DNA of 46,501 nucleotides, from contig JACRFW010000027.1 in assembly GCA_016234265.1 (NCBI GenBank), forward strand, positions 1 through 46,501, written 5' to 3'. Positions 1 to 9,251 of this stretch are shown one piece after another. The DNA comes from Candidatus Magasanikiibacteriota bacterium (GTDB lineage: Bacteria > Patescibacteriota > Patescibacteriia > Magasanikbacterales > GWA2-37-8). The position numbers and the translations under genes are program-made. How positions within the stretch are numbered: the first letter of the stretch is position 1; each line of letters opens with the position of its first letter. The notes beneath the pieces were generated by a model. It saw nothing but the letters and a program-made list of their open reading frames with translations, did not search any database and had not been told where the DNA came from.

Positions 1-75
1 ATTCACCAAAGCAACGCTCGCCACGAGCGCCAGCGCGACCACAGCAGTGCCGATAACAAAAAATTTACTCCTCAT
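1..75 (-). CDS. Partial CDS (N-terminus only): hypothetical protein with signal-peptide/TM-like start MRSKFFVIGTAVVALALVASVALVN
   Basis: ATG at 75-73 on the minus strand opens a hydrophobic N-terminus that runs off the window edge. It is not in the ORF track because it is incomplete. Confidence 0.3.
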   Translation of the reverse strand, partial: MRSKFFVIGTAVVALALVASVALVN

Positions 76-145
76 AAAACTATAGTTAAAAACAATACCT
101 TTAGTATAGCACAAAAAGTGACCAATAGTGTATACCGTAAAAATA

Positions 146-175
146 AGACAGACCCTAGTGGTCTGTCTTATTTTT
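146..175 (-). terminator. Hairpin (AGACAGACC-CTAGT-GGTCTGTCT) plus T-run; candidate intrinsic terminator ending the heat-shock/sigma operon
   Basis: A 9-bp perfect stem is followed by a U-tract on either strand. It overlaps the last codons of the 155..817 ORF. Confidence 0.45.
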
Positions 176-817
176 CCTCTTTTCCCGCCCCTCTATTTTT
201 TCCGGTCGTTGTTTACCCTGTTCTGGCTCTCGCTCTGCCTCATTCTCTTCCTCGCGTTTCACCGTCTCTTCCTTTCCCTCCAGAGTATCGGGGCGACGCT
301 CTAACCGCTCTTTCCGTTTCTCCAGCCGCTCATGCGCCCGGGCTTTTATCTCCGGGCTGGTGCTGGTAGCAATTTTTTGTTCTACTGCGGCGAGCGACCC
401 CTCATTTTTTTCTATTTCAGCTTCCACCTTTTCCACTCGTTTTTGCCGCCGCTTCAAAATATTTTTTTCCGCTTCACGACGAGTAATCTGTTTTAAATAA
501 AAGGCGGCTTTGGCTTCCGGGGTCGTTTTGATTTTTTCCTCAACCTGCTCTATCGCCCGCTTTACGGGGTATAAAATGGTTCCTTCCGTCACTTCCGGGC
601 TGGTATAGGCGTAGGCGCCGGTGGTGCCAGTCAGGACAACAATCATACCCGTGGCAAAAGCTCCGGCATAGCGTCGTATAAACCAGGGCGACGCCACTCC
701 ACCATAACGGGTTTCCCAGACCGTAAGTAACCGATTCTTGAGGGTACGCCGAAACGCGGCCCGGGGGTTGAGCTTTTGCTTGGCACGCCATAAATTCCAT
801 CTGGCCAGTAGGTTCAT
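155..817 (-). CDS. Putative anti-sigma factor-like membrane protein (single TM helix, charged coiled-coil C-terminal domain)
   Basis: Its start overlaps the stop of the ECF sigma gene. A TM segment GAFATGMIVVLTGTTGAYAY is followed by a K/E/R-rich extracytoplasmic region. There is no recognisable catalytic motif. Confidence 0.5.
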   Translation of the reverse strand: MNLLARWNLWRAKQKLNPRAAFRRTLKNRLLTVWETRYGGVASPWFIRRYAGAFATGMIVVLTGTTGAYAYTSPEVTEGTILYPVKRAIEQVEEKIKTTPEAKAAFYLKQITRREAEKNILKRRQKRVEKVEAEIEKNEGSLAAVEQKIATSTSPEIKARAHERLEKRKERLERRPDTLEGKEETVKREEENEAEREPEQGKQRPEKIEGREKRKNKTDH

Positions 818-1320
818 AAAAACTTCCGTAATTTCTTGAGCGCCCGGTGCGCCGCCACTTTTATCGCTCCCGCGGAGGCGCCTCGCCTTTCGGCTATCTC
901 TAGATAACTATACCCAATAAGATAGTGTAGAGTTACAATTTCGGCTTCGTTTGGCTCTATTTTAGCCAATAATTCATAGACAAGGGAGGTGTCTTTGGTT
1001 TTTTGCCAAGCGTTCAAAGCCTGTTTCAACCCCAGAAACTCGGCCTCCTCTTCCTCGCCGGACTCATCAACAAAGGTCAGCGGAGTGGTAACTTTTCGAT
1101 CGCGCCAGTAATTGGCCACATGGTTCTTTGCAATCGTCATGAGCCAGGCGGCTTTGCCCATGGTCTCATCAAAGTCGGCAAAATGATCCAGGGCTTTCAG
1201 AAAAATCTCGGAAACGAGATCTTCGGCCAGTTCACGGTCGCGGCAACGGAAAAAGACAAACCGATAGATTCGATCAATGTGGTCGTTGTAAAATTTGGCA
1301 AAGTCTTTTTTACTGGCCAT
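814..1320 (-). CDS. RNA polymerase sigma factor, ECF (sigma-70 regions 2 and 4)
   Basis: Region 2-like RIYRFVFFRCRDRELAEDLVSEIFLKA and a region-4 HTH at LHYLIGYSYLEIAERRGASAGAIKVAAHRALKKL. Confidence 0.85.
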   Translation of the reverse strand: MASKKDFAKFYNDHIDRIYRFVFFRCRDRELAEDLVSEIFLKALDHFADFDETMGKAAWLMTIAKNHVANYWRDRKVTTPLTFVDESGEEEEAEFLGLKQALNAWQKTKDTSLVYELLAKIEPNEAEIVTLHYLIGYSYLEIAERRGASAGAIKVAAHRALKKLRKFL

Positions 1321-1336
1321 AGGCCTGGGCCATAGA

Positions 1337-2437
1337 TTAGATCTCGCGGCCTAATTCCTCAAGAAGTTTCCGCGCCTGTTTGCTCACTTTTTTTGGCACA
1401 TTAATTTTTACTTTTACATATTGGTCGCCACGACTGGCACTACCGATTCTGGTGATGCCACGCCCCTTGAGCCGGATAAGCTGGCCGGATTCGGTGCCAT
1501 CGGGCACGACCATTTTCACCGGGCCGTCAATGGTTTCTACAGAAATAGTGTCGCCCAGAACGGCTTGCGGAAAAGTAATTGTACTTTCCGTATAAATATC
1601 AAAATCCTCGCGATGAAATATTTTTGATGGCTTAACATGCACGCGCACATATAAATCACCCGACCCGCCACCGTGCGGAGCGGCTTCGCCGTGGCTGGTG
1701 AGACGAATGGATTGACCGGTATCAATGCCAGCCGGAATCTTGACACTGATAGTAGTATTTTTGGCGACCACGCCATCGCCGCCGCAGTGTTTGCATTTTT
1801 TAGTGGCGAACTTTCCCCGGCCATGACAGGTCGGGCAAGCTGCCACCGTCTGCATCATGCCCAGAAACGTGCGCTGTTGTTGCATCACCTGACCTTGGCC
1901 CTTACAGGTACCACAGGTATCAAGTGAACTACCTGGCTCGGCCCCCTCGCCGCGGCAGACATCGCAGGCTGATTGTTTACGCAGTGACACTTCCCGCTCC
2001 ACGCCAAAAGCGGCTTCTTTGAAATCAATTTCCACGTCTACCTGAATATCTCGGCCCTGGGATTGCCCATGCCCTCCACCACCTCGGCCGGAGCCAAAAC
2101 CAAACATCCCGCCAAACAAATCTCCCAAATCAACACCGCCAAAATCAAAACCACCGCCGCCTTGCTGGCCGCGGGCTGCACGCATAAAGTCGTCCCAATT
2201 GGCTCCGCCGCCAAAGCCGCCTTGCTGTTCAAAGTCCGAGCCAAATTGATCATAGCGCTCGCGCTTGTTCTGGTCCGAGAGCACTTGATAGGCTTCGTTT
2301 ATTTCTTTGAACTTTGCCTCATTACCACCCTGTCGGTCAGGATGGTGTTGCATCGCGAGTTTTTTGAAGGCTTTTTTTATCTCGTCAGCCGAAGCGCCCT
2401 TCTCCACGCCTAGTATTTTGTAATAGTCTTTGGGCAT
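1337..2437 (-). CDS. dnaJ: Molecular chaperone DnaJ
   Basis: J domain with HPD ([30 protein letters not shown]), a G/F-rich linker, and four CxxCxGxG zinc-finger repeats. Confidence 0.95.
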   Translation of the reverse strand: MPKDYYKILGVEKGASADEIKKAFKKLAMQHHPDRQGGNEAKFKEINEAYQVLSDQNKRERYDQFGSDFEQQGGFGGGANWDDFMRAARGQQGGGGFDFGGVDLGDLFGGMFGFGSGRGGGGHGQSQGRDIQVDVEIDFKEAAFGVEREVSLRKQSACDVCRGEGAEPGSSLDTCGTCKGQGQVMQQQRTFLGMMQTVAACPTCHGRGKFATKKCKHCGGDGVVAKNTTISVKIPAGIDTGQSIRLTSHGEAAPHGGGSGDLYVRVHVKPSKIFHREDFDIYTESTITFPQAVLGDTISVETIDGPVKMVVPDGTESGQLIRLKGRGITRIGSASRGDQYVKVKINVPKKVSKQARKLLEELGREI

Positions 2438-2445
2438 AGCTTCCG

Positions 2446-2868
2446 TTACGGACCAAAATAAAAATTAAACTCTTGTTGCCATTCAGCTTTAATCTCATCC
2501 TTATATTGGGGATCCGAAACTGAAGATATATTGTTAATAATGACAGCTAAACGATTCTTAAGCAGAGCACAAAAAGCCCCAGCCGACTGTTCGCCCACAT
2601 TCATGTGAACACTCGCCAGCTCCTTTACCTCTTGAGCAATTTGTCGCCCCGCACTCTCAATAACAGAATAGTCCGGTCGTTCTTGCAAAGTCGCCTCGAG
2701 CAACCTTCCATACGTATCCCACAAATCCTGATGTTTTGAATTTAACTGCCCAAAGTCAACTATCGAAGCGGCATTCAGATCTTTACCGCCGGACTTTTGA
2801 ACAATTTTTTTAATTTGTTCCCGGAATACTTCTAAACGCACCTCTGGGCTTGTTTCAAGTTCTCCCAT
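2446..2868 (-). CDS. Hypothetical protein (141 aa) inserted between dnaK and dnaJ
   Basis: The ORF was trimmed to the internal ATG (MGELET...) that begins just after the dnaK stop. There are no recognisable motifs. Confidence 0.55.
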   Translation of the reverse strand: MGELETSPEVRLEVFREQIKKIVQKSGGKDLNAASIVDFGQLNSKHQDLWDTYGRLLEATLQERPDYSVIESAGRQIAQEVKELASVHMNVGEQSAGAFCALLKNRLAVIINNISSVSDPQYKDEIKAEWQQEFNFYFGP

Positions 2869-2878
2869 AGAAAAATAA

Positions 2879-4789
2879 TTATTTCTTGTCCTTATCATCA
2901 ACGACCTCACCCTCAATTGGACCTTGGTCTTTTGGCGCTTCGCCGCCTGGAGCGGCACCTGGCTGTGGGCCTTTAGCCTGTTCTTGTTGGTACATCTTCA
3001 TGCCGACAACTTGCGCGGCCTTGGAGAGCGCTTCGGAGGTGGTCTTGATCGCTTCCACATCATCTTTGTCTTTTACTTCTTTCACTTTGGTGAGCGCGTC
3101 GTTCACCGCTTTTTTCTCGTCATCGGTCACGGTGATCTTTTTCTCTTCCACGTCTTTCATCATTTTTTCCGTGGTGTAGACCATAGTGTCGGCGATATTT
3201 TTCGCTTCAATGAGCTCTTGTTTCTTTTTGTCGTCTTCGGCGTGCATCTCGGCGTCTTTCTTCATCTTTTCAATTTCATCTTTAGACAAACCAGAGGAAG
3301 ACTCAATCTTGATGGACTGTTCTTTGTTGGTGGCCTTGTCTTTGGCCTTCACATGCAAAATGCCGTTGGCATCTATATCAAAAGAAACCTCAATTTGCGG
3401 CACGCCGCGCGGGGCCGGTGGAATGCCGGACAAATCAAATTGACCGAGAAGTTTATTATCATTGAACATTGGCCGCTCCCCTTGCGCCACCCGGATAGAC
3501 ACAGCGGGCTGATTGTCGGCAGCAGTGGAGAAAGTCTGGCTCTTGGAGGTCGGGATGGTGGTGTTGCGTTCAATAAGCTTGGTCATGACAGCACCCATGG
3601 TCTCAATACCGAGCGACAGCGGAGTAACGTCCAAGAGAAGCACGTCTTTCACATCGCCCTTCAAGACACCGCCCTGCACGGCCGCGCCAACAGCGACCAC
3701 CTCATCGGGGTTCACGGTGATATTCGGCTTTTTGCCAAAATATTTTTCCACCATGTTGTACACCAGCGGCATGCGCGTCATTCCCCCCACCATCACCACT
3801 TCATTGATCTGACTAGTGGAAAGTTTGGCATCGGCGAGAGCCTGTTTCACCGGGCCCATAGTTTTATCCACTAAATCACCAACTAATTTTTCGAGGTCAG
3901 AGCGTTTCATCTTGAGCACCAAATGGCGCGGGCCATTGGCGTCGGAAGTGATGAAAGGCTGATTGATTTCGGTTTCTTGCGAAGTGGACAGTTCAATCTT
4001 GGCTTTTTCCGCCGCTTCTTTAATGCGCTGGAGCGCAAGTTTATCTTTGCCCAAGTCAACCCCGTCAGTCTTTTTAAATTCATCAATAATCCACTGCATG
4101 ATGCGCTGGTCAAAATCGTCGCCGCCGAGGTGGGTATCGCCGTTCGTGGCCAATACCTGCACGGAATCGGCGCTCACTTCCAGCACGGACACGTCAAACG
4201 TGCCGCCGCCGAGGTCGTAGACCATAATTTTTTCGTCTTTTTTCTTATCAAAGCCATATGCGAGCGCGGCGGCGGTCGGTTCATTAATAATGCGGAGCAC
4301 TTTCAAACCGGCAATTTCACCGGCGTCCTTGGTGGCCTGGCGCTGGGAGTCGTCAAAATATGCCGGCACGGTGATCACCGCTTCGGTAATTTTTTCGCCG
4401 AGGCGCTCTTCAGCATCGGCTTTCATTTTCTGCAAAATCATGGCCGAAATTTCCTGCGGTGATTTCTCTTCACCATTGAGAACCACCTTCACTCCGTCGC
4501 CCGCGCGTACAATCTTGTACGGCATCACTTTCAAATCGCGTTGCACCTCGGCATCATCCCACTTGCGGCCAATCAGGCGCTTGATGGAATAGAGCGTATT
4601 TTCCGGATTAGTAACTGACTGGCGCTTGGCCAGCTGCCCCACCAATCGCTCGCCGGTCTTGCTCACCGCGACGATGGAGGGCGTGGTGCGCGCGCCTTCT
4701 TTATTTTCCAACACCTTGGGCTGTCCGCCTTCAATGATGGCGACACAGGAATTGGTGGTTCCGAGGTCGATTCCGAGTACTTTGCTCAT
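2879..4789 (-). CDS. dnaK: Molecular chaperone DnaK (Hsp70)
   Basis: Hsp70 signatures [16 protein letters not shown] and [10 protein letters not shown] over a full-length 636 aa. Confidence 0.97.
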   Translation of the reverse strand: MSKVLGIDLGTTNSCVAIIEGGQPKVLENKEGARTTPSIVAVSKTGERLVGQLAKRQSVTNPENTLYSIKRLIGRKWDDAEVQRDLKVMPYKIVRAGDGVKVVLNGEEKSPQEISAMILQKMKADAEERLGEKITEAVITVPAYFDDSQRQATKDAGEIAGLKVLRIINEPTAAALAYGFDKKKDEKIMVYDLGGGTFDVSVLEVSADSVQVLATNGDTHLGGDDFDQRIMQWIIDEFKKTDGVDLGKDKLALQRIKEAAEKAKIELSTSQETEINQPFITSDANGPRHLVLKMKRSDLEKLVGDLVDKTMGPVKQALADAKLSTSQINEVVMVGGMTRMPLVYNMVEKYFGKKPNITVNPDEVVAVGAAVQGGVLKGDVKDVLLLDVTPLSLGIETMGAVMTKLIERNTTIPTSKSQTFSTAADNQPAVSIRVAQGERPMFNDNKLLGQFDLSGIPPAPRGVPQIEVSFDIDANGILHVKAKDKATNKEQSIKIESSSGLSKDEIEKMKKDAEMHAEDDKKKQELIEAKNIADTMVYTTEKMMKDVEEKKITVTDDEKKAVNDALTKVKEVKDKDDVEAIKTTSEALSKAAQVVGMKMYQQEQAKGPQPGAAPGGEAPKDQGPIEGEVVDDKDKK

Positions 4790-4980
4790 ATAATATACTT
4801 ATTTAATTCTTAAAATTTTATCTTCACTTTTTACTTCTGGACTTTCTGGGTTTGGCATACTTTATTTACAGATATTAATGGCGGAACTTGACAAATCTTT
4901 ATACTGTGCTATACTATCTTTAATCACGATGAGAGGACTACCAAAGGGTTTCGTCCCGCGGGAATGCCTCTTTAGACAAT

Positions 4981-5514
4981 TTAAAAGGTTCCATTCGGGT
5001 TCTGTCCCGTCTGGAGCCTTTTTTTATTTTTCTCCAATTTATTTCTAAACAACTGGATATTGGCAATAAAATGGCTGAATCGGCGCAGGAGCGAGGAAAA
5101 ATGCCGGTTCGGCACGATAATTTTAGCGAGCTTATCTTGATTGGCAAAATATTCCACCAAACAATGGAAATCGCCATCGCCGGTAACTATGACGGCTTTC
5201 TCATAGTGAGAATACTCAATCATTGCGTGCAAAACCAGGTCGGCGTCAACATTGCCTTTGACCGTCCGCATATCTTTATCTCTGATCTCTAAAGTCGGCT
5301 TGAAAATACAAATGTAGCCATACTTCTGCAGAGCCGCATACAAACCCTCATTCCCCACAACATACCCGATAAATAAAAAGGCTTTTTCAACCTGATATTT
5401 GTCTTTTAAAAAAATACGAAATCTCTGAAAATCCAAAAGCCAGCCCTGGCTCTTTACGCCCAGATTCAAATTCTGGCTATCAATAAACGCGTAATTGTTC
5501 TTTCTATCAATCAT
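4981..5514 (-). CDS. NYN-domain (LabA-like) putative ribonuclease
   Basis: YAFIDSQNL near the N-terminus and the TGDGDF motif. The likely ATG is at 5514, since the track start at 5532 is a GTG lying inside the upstream terminator. Confidence 0.7.
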   Translation of the reverse strand: MIDRKNNYAFIDSQNLNLGVKSQGWLLDFQRFRIFLKDKYQVEKAFLFIGYVVGNEGLYAALQKYGYICIFKPTLEIRDKDMRTVKGNVDADLVLHAMIEYSHYEKAVIVTGDGDFHCLVEYFANQDKLAKIIVPNRHFSSLLRRFSHFIANIQLFRNKLEKNKKRLQTGQNPNGTF

Positions 5515-5530
5515 AGTATCTAAAAAAACC

Positions 5531-5560
5531 ACCGGGCCCCTTACGGGGCAGGGTGGGTGG
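5531..5560 (-). terminator. Hairpin plus U7 downstream of hsp20 (minus strand)
   Basis: CCACC-CUG-CCCC GUAA GGGG-CCC-GGUGG followed by UUUUUUU on the minus strand. Confidence 0.4.
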
Positions 5561-5696
5561 TTTTAGCTACTACCAATATCCCACCCACCCCCACCCTTTG
5601 TCAAGTGTATAACTTAATGTGAAATTGTTAAGTAACCCTGCTTACTTATTTTTTTTCACTACTTTGACCCCGTCATTCGACTGGGCAAACACTAAT

Positions 5697-6143
5697 TTAT
5701 TTTCCATTCTTCTTTACTATTTTTACGTCTACTTTCTTTCCCCTATCAGCTGTTTCAGACTTCGGGCAGGTGATCTTTAGCATGCCATCTTCAAACTCGG
5801 CGCTCACTTTGTCTTCCAAAACGGCAGTCGGGAGCGGGATCTGGCGATAAAACTCGCCACTCCGCACTTCTTTGCGGTAATAATTTTTGTCTTCCACTTC
5901 GTGCTCGCTCTTGTTTTCGCCCTTCAAGGTCAAAACGCCTTTTTGCACGCTCACTTCCACATTTTCCGGCTTCACGCCCGCGAGCGGTGTTTCCACCACC
6001 ACAGCTTTGTCCGTCTCATACATATTGATGGCCGGAACAAAGGCTTGCATGCCCTTGCCGCCTATCACACTCGGCAGGCGGTTGAACATTTCATCAAAAT
6101 CTCCAAATGGATCAACCAGGGGGGACCAGCGAATGAGGGACAT
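5697..6143 (-). CDS. Hsp20/alpha-crystallin family small heat-shock protein
   Basis: Alpha-crystallin domain pattern (...ETDKAVVVETPLAGVKPENVEVSVQKGVLTLKGE...AEFEDGMLKI). Confidence 0.9.
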   Translation of the reverse strand: MSLIRWSPLVDPFGDFDEMFNRLPSVIGGKGMQAFVPAINMYETDKAVVVETPLAGVKPENVEVSVQKGVLTLKGENKSEHEVEDKNYYRKEVRSGEFYRQIPLPTAVLEDKVSAEFEDGMLKITCPKSETADRGKKVDVKIVKKNGK

Positions 6144-6174
6144 ATATTTAAAAAATTAAGAATTAAACTTTAAT

Positions 6175-6288
6175 TGTCATTCTGAACCCCTTTACGGGGT
6201 GAAGAATCTTCCGCTTATGCCATCGTGTGGTAATTGAGGCATAAAAGGAAGATCCTTCATCCCGAATACTCGGGATTCAGGATGACAG
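6175..6288. repeat. Palindromic repeat element, copy A: TGTCATTCTGA arm, CCCC-TTTAC-GGGG hairpin, GAAGAATCTTCC box, spacer, GGAAGATCCTTC box, TCCCGA-ATAC-TCGGGA hairpin, TCAGGATGACA arm
   Basis: Nested inverted repeat lying 1 nt past the grpE stop. The left 47 nt are identical to copy B. Confidence 0.8.
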
Positions 6289-6289
6289 T

Positions 6290-6817
6290 TTATTTCGCAA
6301 TTATCACCTTCGCCACCTTGATCACCCGGCCACCCATTATATATCCGCCATCCACTTCGCGTAAAATAAGCCCAGCTTCTTTCTCCGCTTTTTCTTCCCC
6401 CACCGTTTCATGAAATTTTGGGTCAAACTTTTCACCCAGCGCCTTAATCTCTTGTACATTGTGCGCTTTCAAAACCTCGCCAAACTGTTTCATAATGTGG
6501 CTGATGCCGTCTATCCAGTTGCGGAGCTGGCGCATGTCGCTCGTCACATCGTGGTGGTGGGCAAAGGCCTTTTTAAAATTGTCGTAGACGGGAATAAAAT
6601 CTTCCAGAATCTGTTGCTCACTCATCTGCGCCCACTCCGCGCGACGCGCGGCTGTTTCTTTTTGCAAATTTTGGTAATCAGCCACGGCCCGCTGCCAGCC
6701 GAGTTTGTATTCGGCGCATTGTTTTTCCAAATCGGTTGGCGGCTCGGCGCTCACCGCCTCGGAAGCGACTGCCTGTTCATCAGGTTTTATTAGTTGCTGG
6801 TTCGGTTCATCACTCAT
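6290..6817 (-). CDS. grpE: Nucleotide exchange factor GrpE
   Basis: GrpE-like length and C-terminal beta domain (GEKFDPKFHETVGEE...GGYIMGGRVIKVAKVII), sitting between hrcA and dnaK. Confidence 0.88.
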   Translation of the reverse strand: MSDEPNQQLIKPDEQAVASEAVSAEPPTDLEKQCAEYKLGWQRAVADYQNLQKETAARRAEWAQMSEQQILEDFIPVYDNFKKAFAHHHDVTSDMRQLRNWIDGISHIMKQFGEVLKAHNVQEIKALGEKFDPKFHETVGEEKAEKEAGLILREVDGGYIMGGRVIKVAKVIIAK

Positions 6818-6853
6818 AACGATTTAGCATTTATAATTTAACATTTAGCATTT

Positions 6854-7543
6854 TCAAATCAATTCTCTTACTTGCCTAAGCAAACTCCAATTATGTTTAT
6901 AGTCCATGCGTTGTGGGCCAAGTAATACAATGAGCGAGGCATCGTCCTCGCCAAAGCGCGAAGCGACCACCGAGAGCATTTCGCCAAAGGGGTGCTCGCG
7001 GCCTAAATATGGCCGGGGGTCGCCCCCGACGCGATCATAAAACCGCGGCAGGTATTCTTCACAGCGGTCAAAGACGCGCGACACGCTCGCGACCAGCTTC
7101 ATTTCGGCAAAGTCCGGCTTGCTGAAAAGATTGGAAAGGCCGGTGTAATACATTTTTTCGCTGGAGAATGCTACTATGACAGTTTCTTTGGAAAGATCAA
7201 CTAGCATCTTGGCCATATTTTTGCAACCGCTCTCATAGTCGCTCCCGCTTTTTTTCGCCGCGCCAAGCTTTTCGGTTTCACTGGCCTTGACTCCCAAAAC
7301 GGCGGGGTCAATTTTGCTCAAATAGAGTTCATACCCTTCGGTGGTCGGAATACGGCCGGCCGAGGTATGCGGGTGAGTGAGGTAACCGGCTTCCTCAAGA
7401 GCGCGCAGCTCGTTCCGCACAGTCGCTTCGCTCCAATCAAGCTCCCCTTCTTCCACCAAAAATCGCGACCCGATGGGCTCGGCGGTTTTGATGTAGCTAT
7501 CAATAACCATGGTTAAAAGCTCTTCTTGGCGTGGTTCTAGCAT
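6854..7543 (-). CDS. hrcA: Heat-inducible transcription repressor HrcA
   Basis: N-terminal winged helix EPIGSRFLVEEGELDWSEATVRNELRALEEAGYLTHPHTSAGRIPT. A CIRCE element lies immediately upstream. ATG at 7543 is preferred over the track's GTG at 7552. Confidence 0.88.
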   Translation of the reverse strand: MLEPRQEELLTMVIDSYIKTAEPIGSRFLVEEGELDWSEATVRNELRALEEAGYLTHPHTSAGRIPTTEGYELYLSKIDPAVLGVKASETEKLGAAKKSGSDYESGCKNMAKMLVDLSKETVIVAFSSEKMYYTGLSNLFSKPDFAEMKLVASVSRVFDRCEEYLPRFYDRVGGDPRPYLGREHPFGEMLSVVASRFGEDDASLIVLLGPQRMDYKHNWSLLRQVRELI

Positions 7544-7545
7544 AG

Positions 7546-7572
7546 TTATCACTCTTTACCTTTGAGTGATAA
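7546..7572. promoter_or_regulatory. CIRCE-like operator TTATCACTC-N9-GAGTGATAA
   Basis: Perfect 9-bp inverted repeat with a 9-nt spacer, matching 8 of 9 per arm to the CIRCE consensus TTAGCACTC-N9-GAGTGCTAA. It lies between the promoter -10 and the hrcA start. Confidence 0.75.
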
Positions 7573-7599
7573 TATACCGTTTCCCCTGTCCCCTGTCAA
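7571..7599 (-). promoter_or_regulatory. Sigma70-type promoter for the hrcA-grpE-dnaK operon (TTGACA, 17 nt, TATATT)
   Basis: Minus strand reads cccTTGACAggggacaggggaaacggTATATT, then CIRCE. Confidence 0.6.
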
Positions 7600-7624
7600 G
7601 GGGTCTGTTTTGTGTATAAAAAGG

Positions 7625-7724
7625 CTGTCATTCTGAACCCCTTTACGGGGTGAAGAATCTTCCGCTTATGCCCGTAGCGAATTTGGTAATCGGAAGATCC
7701 TTCGGTCGCGAGGGCTCTGGATGA
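7625..7724. repeat. Palindromic repeat element, copy B
   Basis: Same left half as copy A (47 nt identical) and the same GGAAGATCCTTC box. The right-hand hairpin differs and the right arm is TGGATGACA. Confidence 0.8.
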
Positions 7725-7735
7725 CAATTAAAACA

Positions 7736-7783
7736 ATTAAAAAACCCTGCACCAGTCCGCCAGCCGGCGGAGGTGCAGGGTTT
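7736..7783 (-). terminator. Intrinsic terminator after the SPFH gene: 12-bp stem AAACCCTGCACC...GGTGCAGGGTTT plus T-run
   Basis: Long perfect stem with an inner CCGCC/GGCGG pairing. The minus strand reads the stem followed by TTTTTAATTG. Confidence 0.6.
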
Positions 7784-7792
7784 AGTGGATTT

Positions 7793-8371
7793 TTACTCAG
7801 CTTTACTTATCTGCGAAATCTCGGTCAGAAGGACATTTTCCACGTAGATACCGCGGGCGTAGAAGATACGCTCCAGCTCGTTTTTGAGCTCCATTTCCAC
7901 CGTGTCGCGTTTAGAGCCAACAATGTCGGCGTAGTCAAACCGGCTAAAGACAATACGGATGCGGCTACGGATGGCGGGGCGGACGATTTTCGCGACGAAA
8001 TCTTCACCAATGGTCTGCCAAATGCTTGGCACCTGGTGGATATCCAAACGAAGCAAAATGGTGCCCTCAACGCCCAGGCGTTTGCTGTCTTGGGTCACGG
8101 CGGCAATGGGAATATCACCCAACGCGCGTTCGTGCTCAGGGTTGAACTGGCGAGAAATGCTGTATTCAAGTGTTTGAATGTTAAAAAGCTTGGCTTTCTG
8201 CCAGAACGGAATTTTGAGGTGCAACCCGGGAGTAAGCACTTTTTTGAGCACTCCGCGGCCCAAATCGTAGACACAGGCCACATATCCCGGCGGCACGTAG
8301 ATAAACAGGCCCTTCAAAACGTCATCAACGACAAACGAATACATTAACTTATCCAAAGATTCGGCAGACAT
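7793..8371 (-). CDS. SPFH/Band-7 (prohibitin/stomatin-like) domain protein
   Basis: Band-7 core pattern (VTQDSKRLGVEGTILLRLD...IVRPAIRSRIRIVFSRFDYADIVGSKRDTVEMELKNELE). No N-terminal TM helix is visible. Confidence 0.65.
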   Translation of the reverse strand: MSAESLDKLMYSFVVDDVLKGLFIYVPPGYVACVYDLGRGVLKKVLTPGLHLKIPFWQKAKLFNIQTLEYSISRQFNPEHERALGDIPIAAVTQDSKRLGVEGTILLRLDIHQVPSIWQTIGEDFVAKIVRPAIRSRIRIVFSRFDYADIVGSKRDTVEMELKNELERIFYARGIYVENVLLTEISQISKAE

Positions 8372-8396
8372 AGTGAAATGGTACGAAGTAAAACGT

Positions 8397-8469
8397 TGTC
8401 ATCCTGAACGAAGTGAAGGATCCCTTGCGTCTGTGTTTAAGGGATTCTTCGTTTCACTCAGAATGACAG
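8397..8469. repeat. Palindromic repeat element, copy E (TGTCATCCTGA ... TCAGAATGACA, about 73-nt imperfect palindrome)
   Basis: Arms plus an inner ACGAAGTGAAGGATCCCTT / AAGGGATTCTTCGTTTCAC inverted repeat, 8 nt past the yidC stop. Confidence 0.75.
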
Positions 8470-8477
8470 ACAAAGGT

Positions 8478-9188
8478 TTAATGATGGGTCGCGTCTTTCT
8501 TTTTATCAGGAAAAACGATGTGCCTAACGAGTGTTATGGTATCAGAGAATATCATGGTTGTCAAAATAAAGAGCGATTTTACCATGGGCAGGTACCAGAG
8601 CACAATGAATGTGAAAAGCGGGAAAAAAAGCAAATAATACATCTCCGAGCGCTCCCAGACCTTTCGCCCCCGGCTCTCCAAAAAGATGGAAACAAAGAGG
8701 TAGACCGAAGCGATGCCGGCCCAGAGCCAGTCGTGCACCCGGCCAATTTCAAAGCCGTAGAAATTAGTATTGATTTTCCCGGGAAAGTCAATGAAAGAAT
8801 AAAGAATCTTGATGACTTTATCGCCGGTGATTCCGCGAATGAAGACCTGATAAAGCAAAATCAAAACCAGAAGCTGAATAATGAGCGAGAGCACTTTGGC
8901 CCAGGGCGACATGTGGTATTTCTTCATTATCTGGCGAGCCACTTCTTTCTGCGCCACCCGGTCATTTTTATAAGACTGAAGCACTTTGCCGGCTTCATCC
9001 ACCACCTGCTGGTGGCGCACTTCATTATACTCGGAAATTATGGAGAGGGGCAGAAGCAGGATACGCAAAAATATGGTGAGCCAGATAACGGCCCAGCCCA
9101 GATTTTCGTTGGCGACATTGGAATAAATCCAGATCAGGGTGTTGAAAAGAGGCTGATACAGAACAGCAAACCAAAGGGTTGAGAGCAT
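8478..9188 (-). CDS. yidC: Membrane protein insertase YidC/Oxa1 family (short form)
   Basis: YQPLFNTLIWIY...LGWAVIWLTIFLRILLLPLS matches the first-helix motif of the YidC core, with several TM helices. The start was trimmed to MLSTLW. Confidence 0.8.
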   Translation of the reverse strand: MLSTLWFAVLYQPLFNTLIWIYSNVANENLGWAVIWLTIFLRILLLPLSIISEYNEVRHQQVVDEAGKVLQSYKNDRVAQKEVARQIMKKYHMSPWAKVLSLIIQLLVLILLYQVFIRGITGDKVIKILYSFIDFPGKINTNFYGFEIGRVHDWLWAGIASVYLFVSIFLESRGRKVWERSEMYYLLFFPLFTFIVLWYLPMVKSLFILTTMIFSDTITLVRHIVFPDKKKDATHH

Positions 9189-9251
9189 AGAAACTTCGCA
9201 AGTAATGCCGGAACTATAGCACAAAGCTGCCTGCGCCGCAACAGGTCTGCC

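Noticed and set aside
118-369. 83-aa plus-strand ORF at the window start
   Set aside because: It overlaps the terminator hairpin and the antisense strand of the anti-sigma-like gene. It has a proline-rich low-complexity translation.
2924-3874. 316-aa plus-strand ORF (H/F/R-rich) and several other ORFs of 85-180 aa antisense to dnaK
   Set aside because: It lies entirely inside and antisense to the unambiguous dnaK gene. It has a low-complexity composition and no motifs, so it is a shadow ORF.
7721-8347. 208-aa plus-strand ORF overlapping the SPFH gene
   Set aside because: It is antisense to a better-supported Band-7 protein. Its 5' end is made of repeat copy B and the terminator hairpin.
8373-9182. 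269-aa plus-strand ORF
   Set aside because: It is antisense to the yidC gene and begins inside palindromic repeat copy E. The minus-strand membrane protein has clear YidC motifs, so this is a spurious shadow frame.
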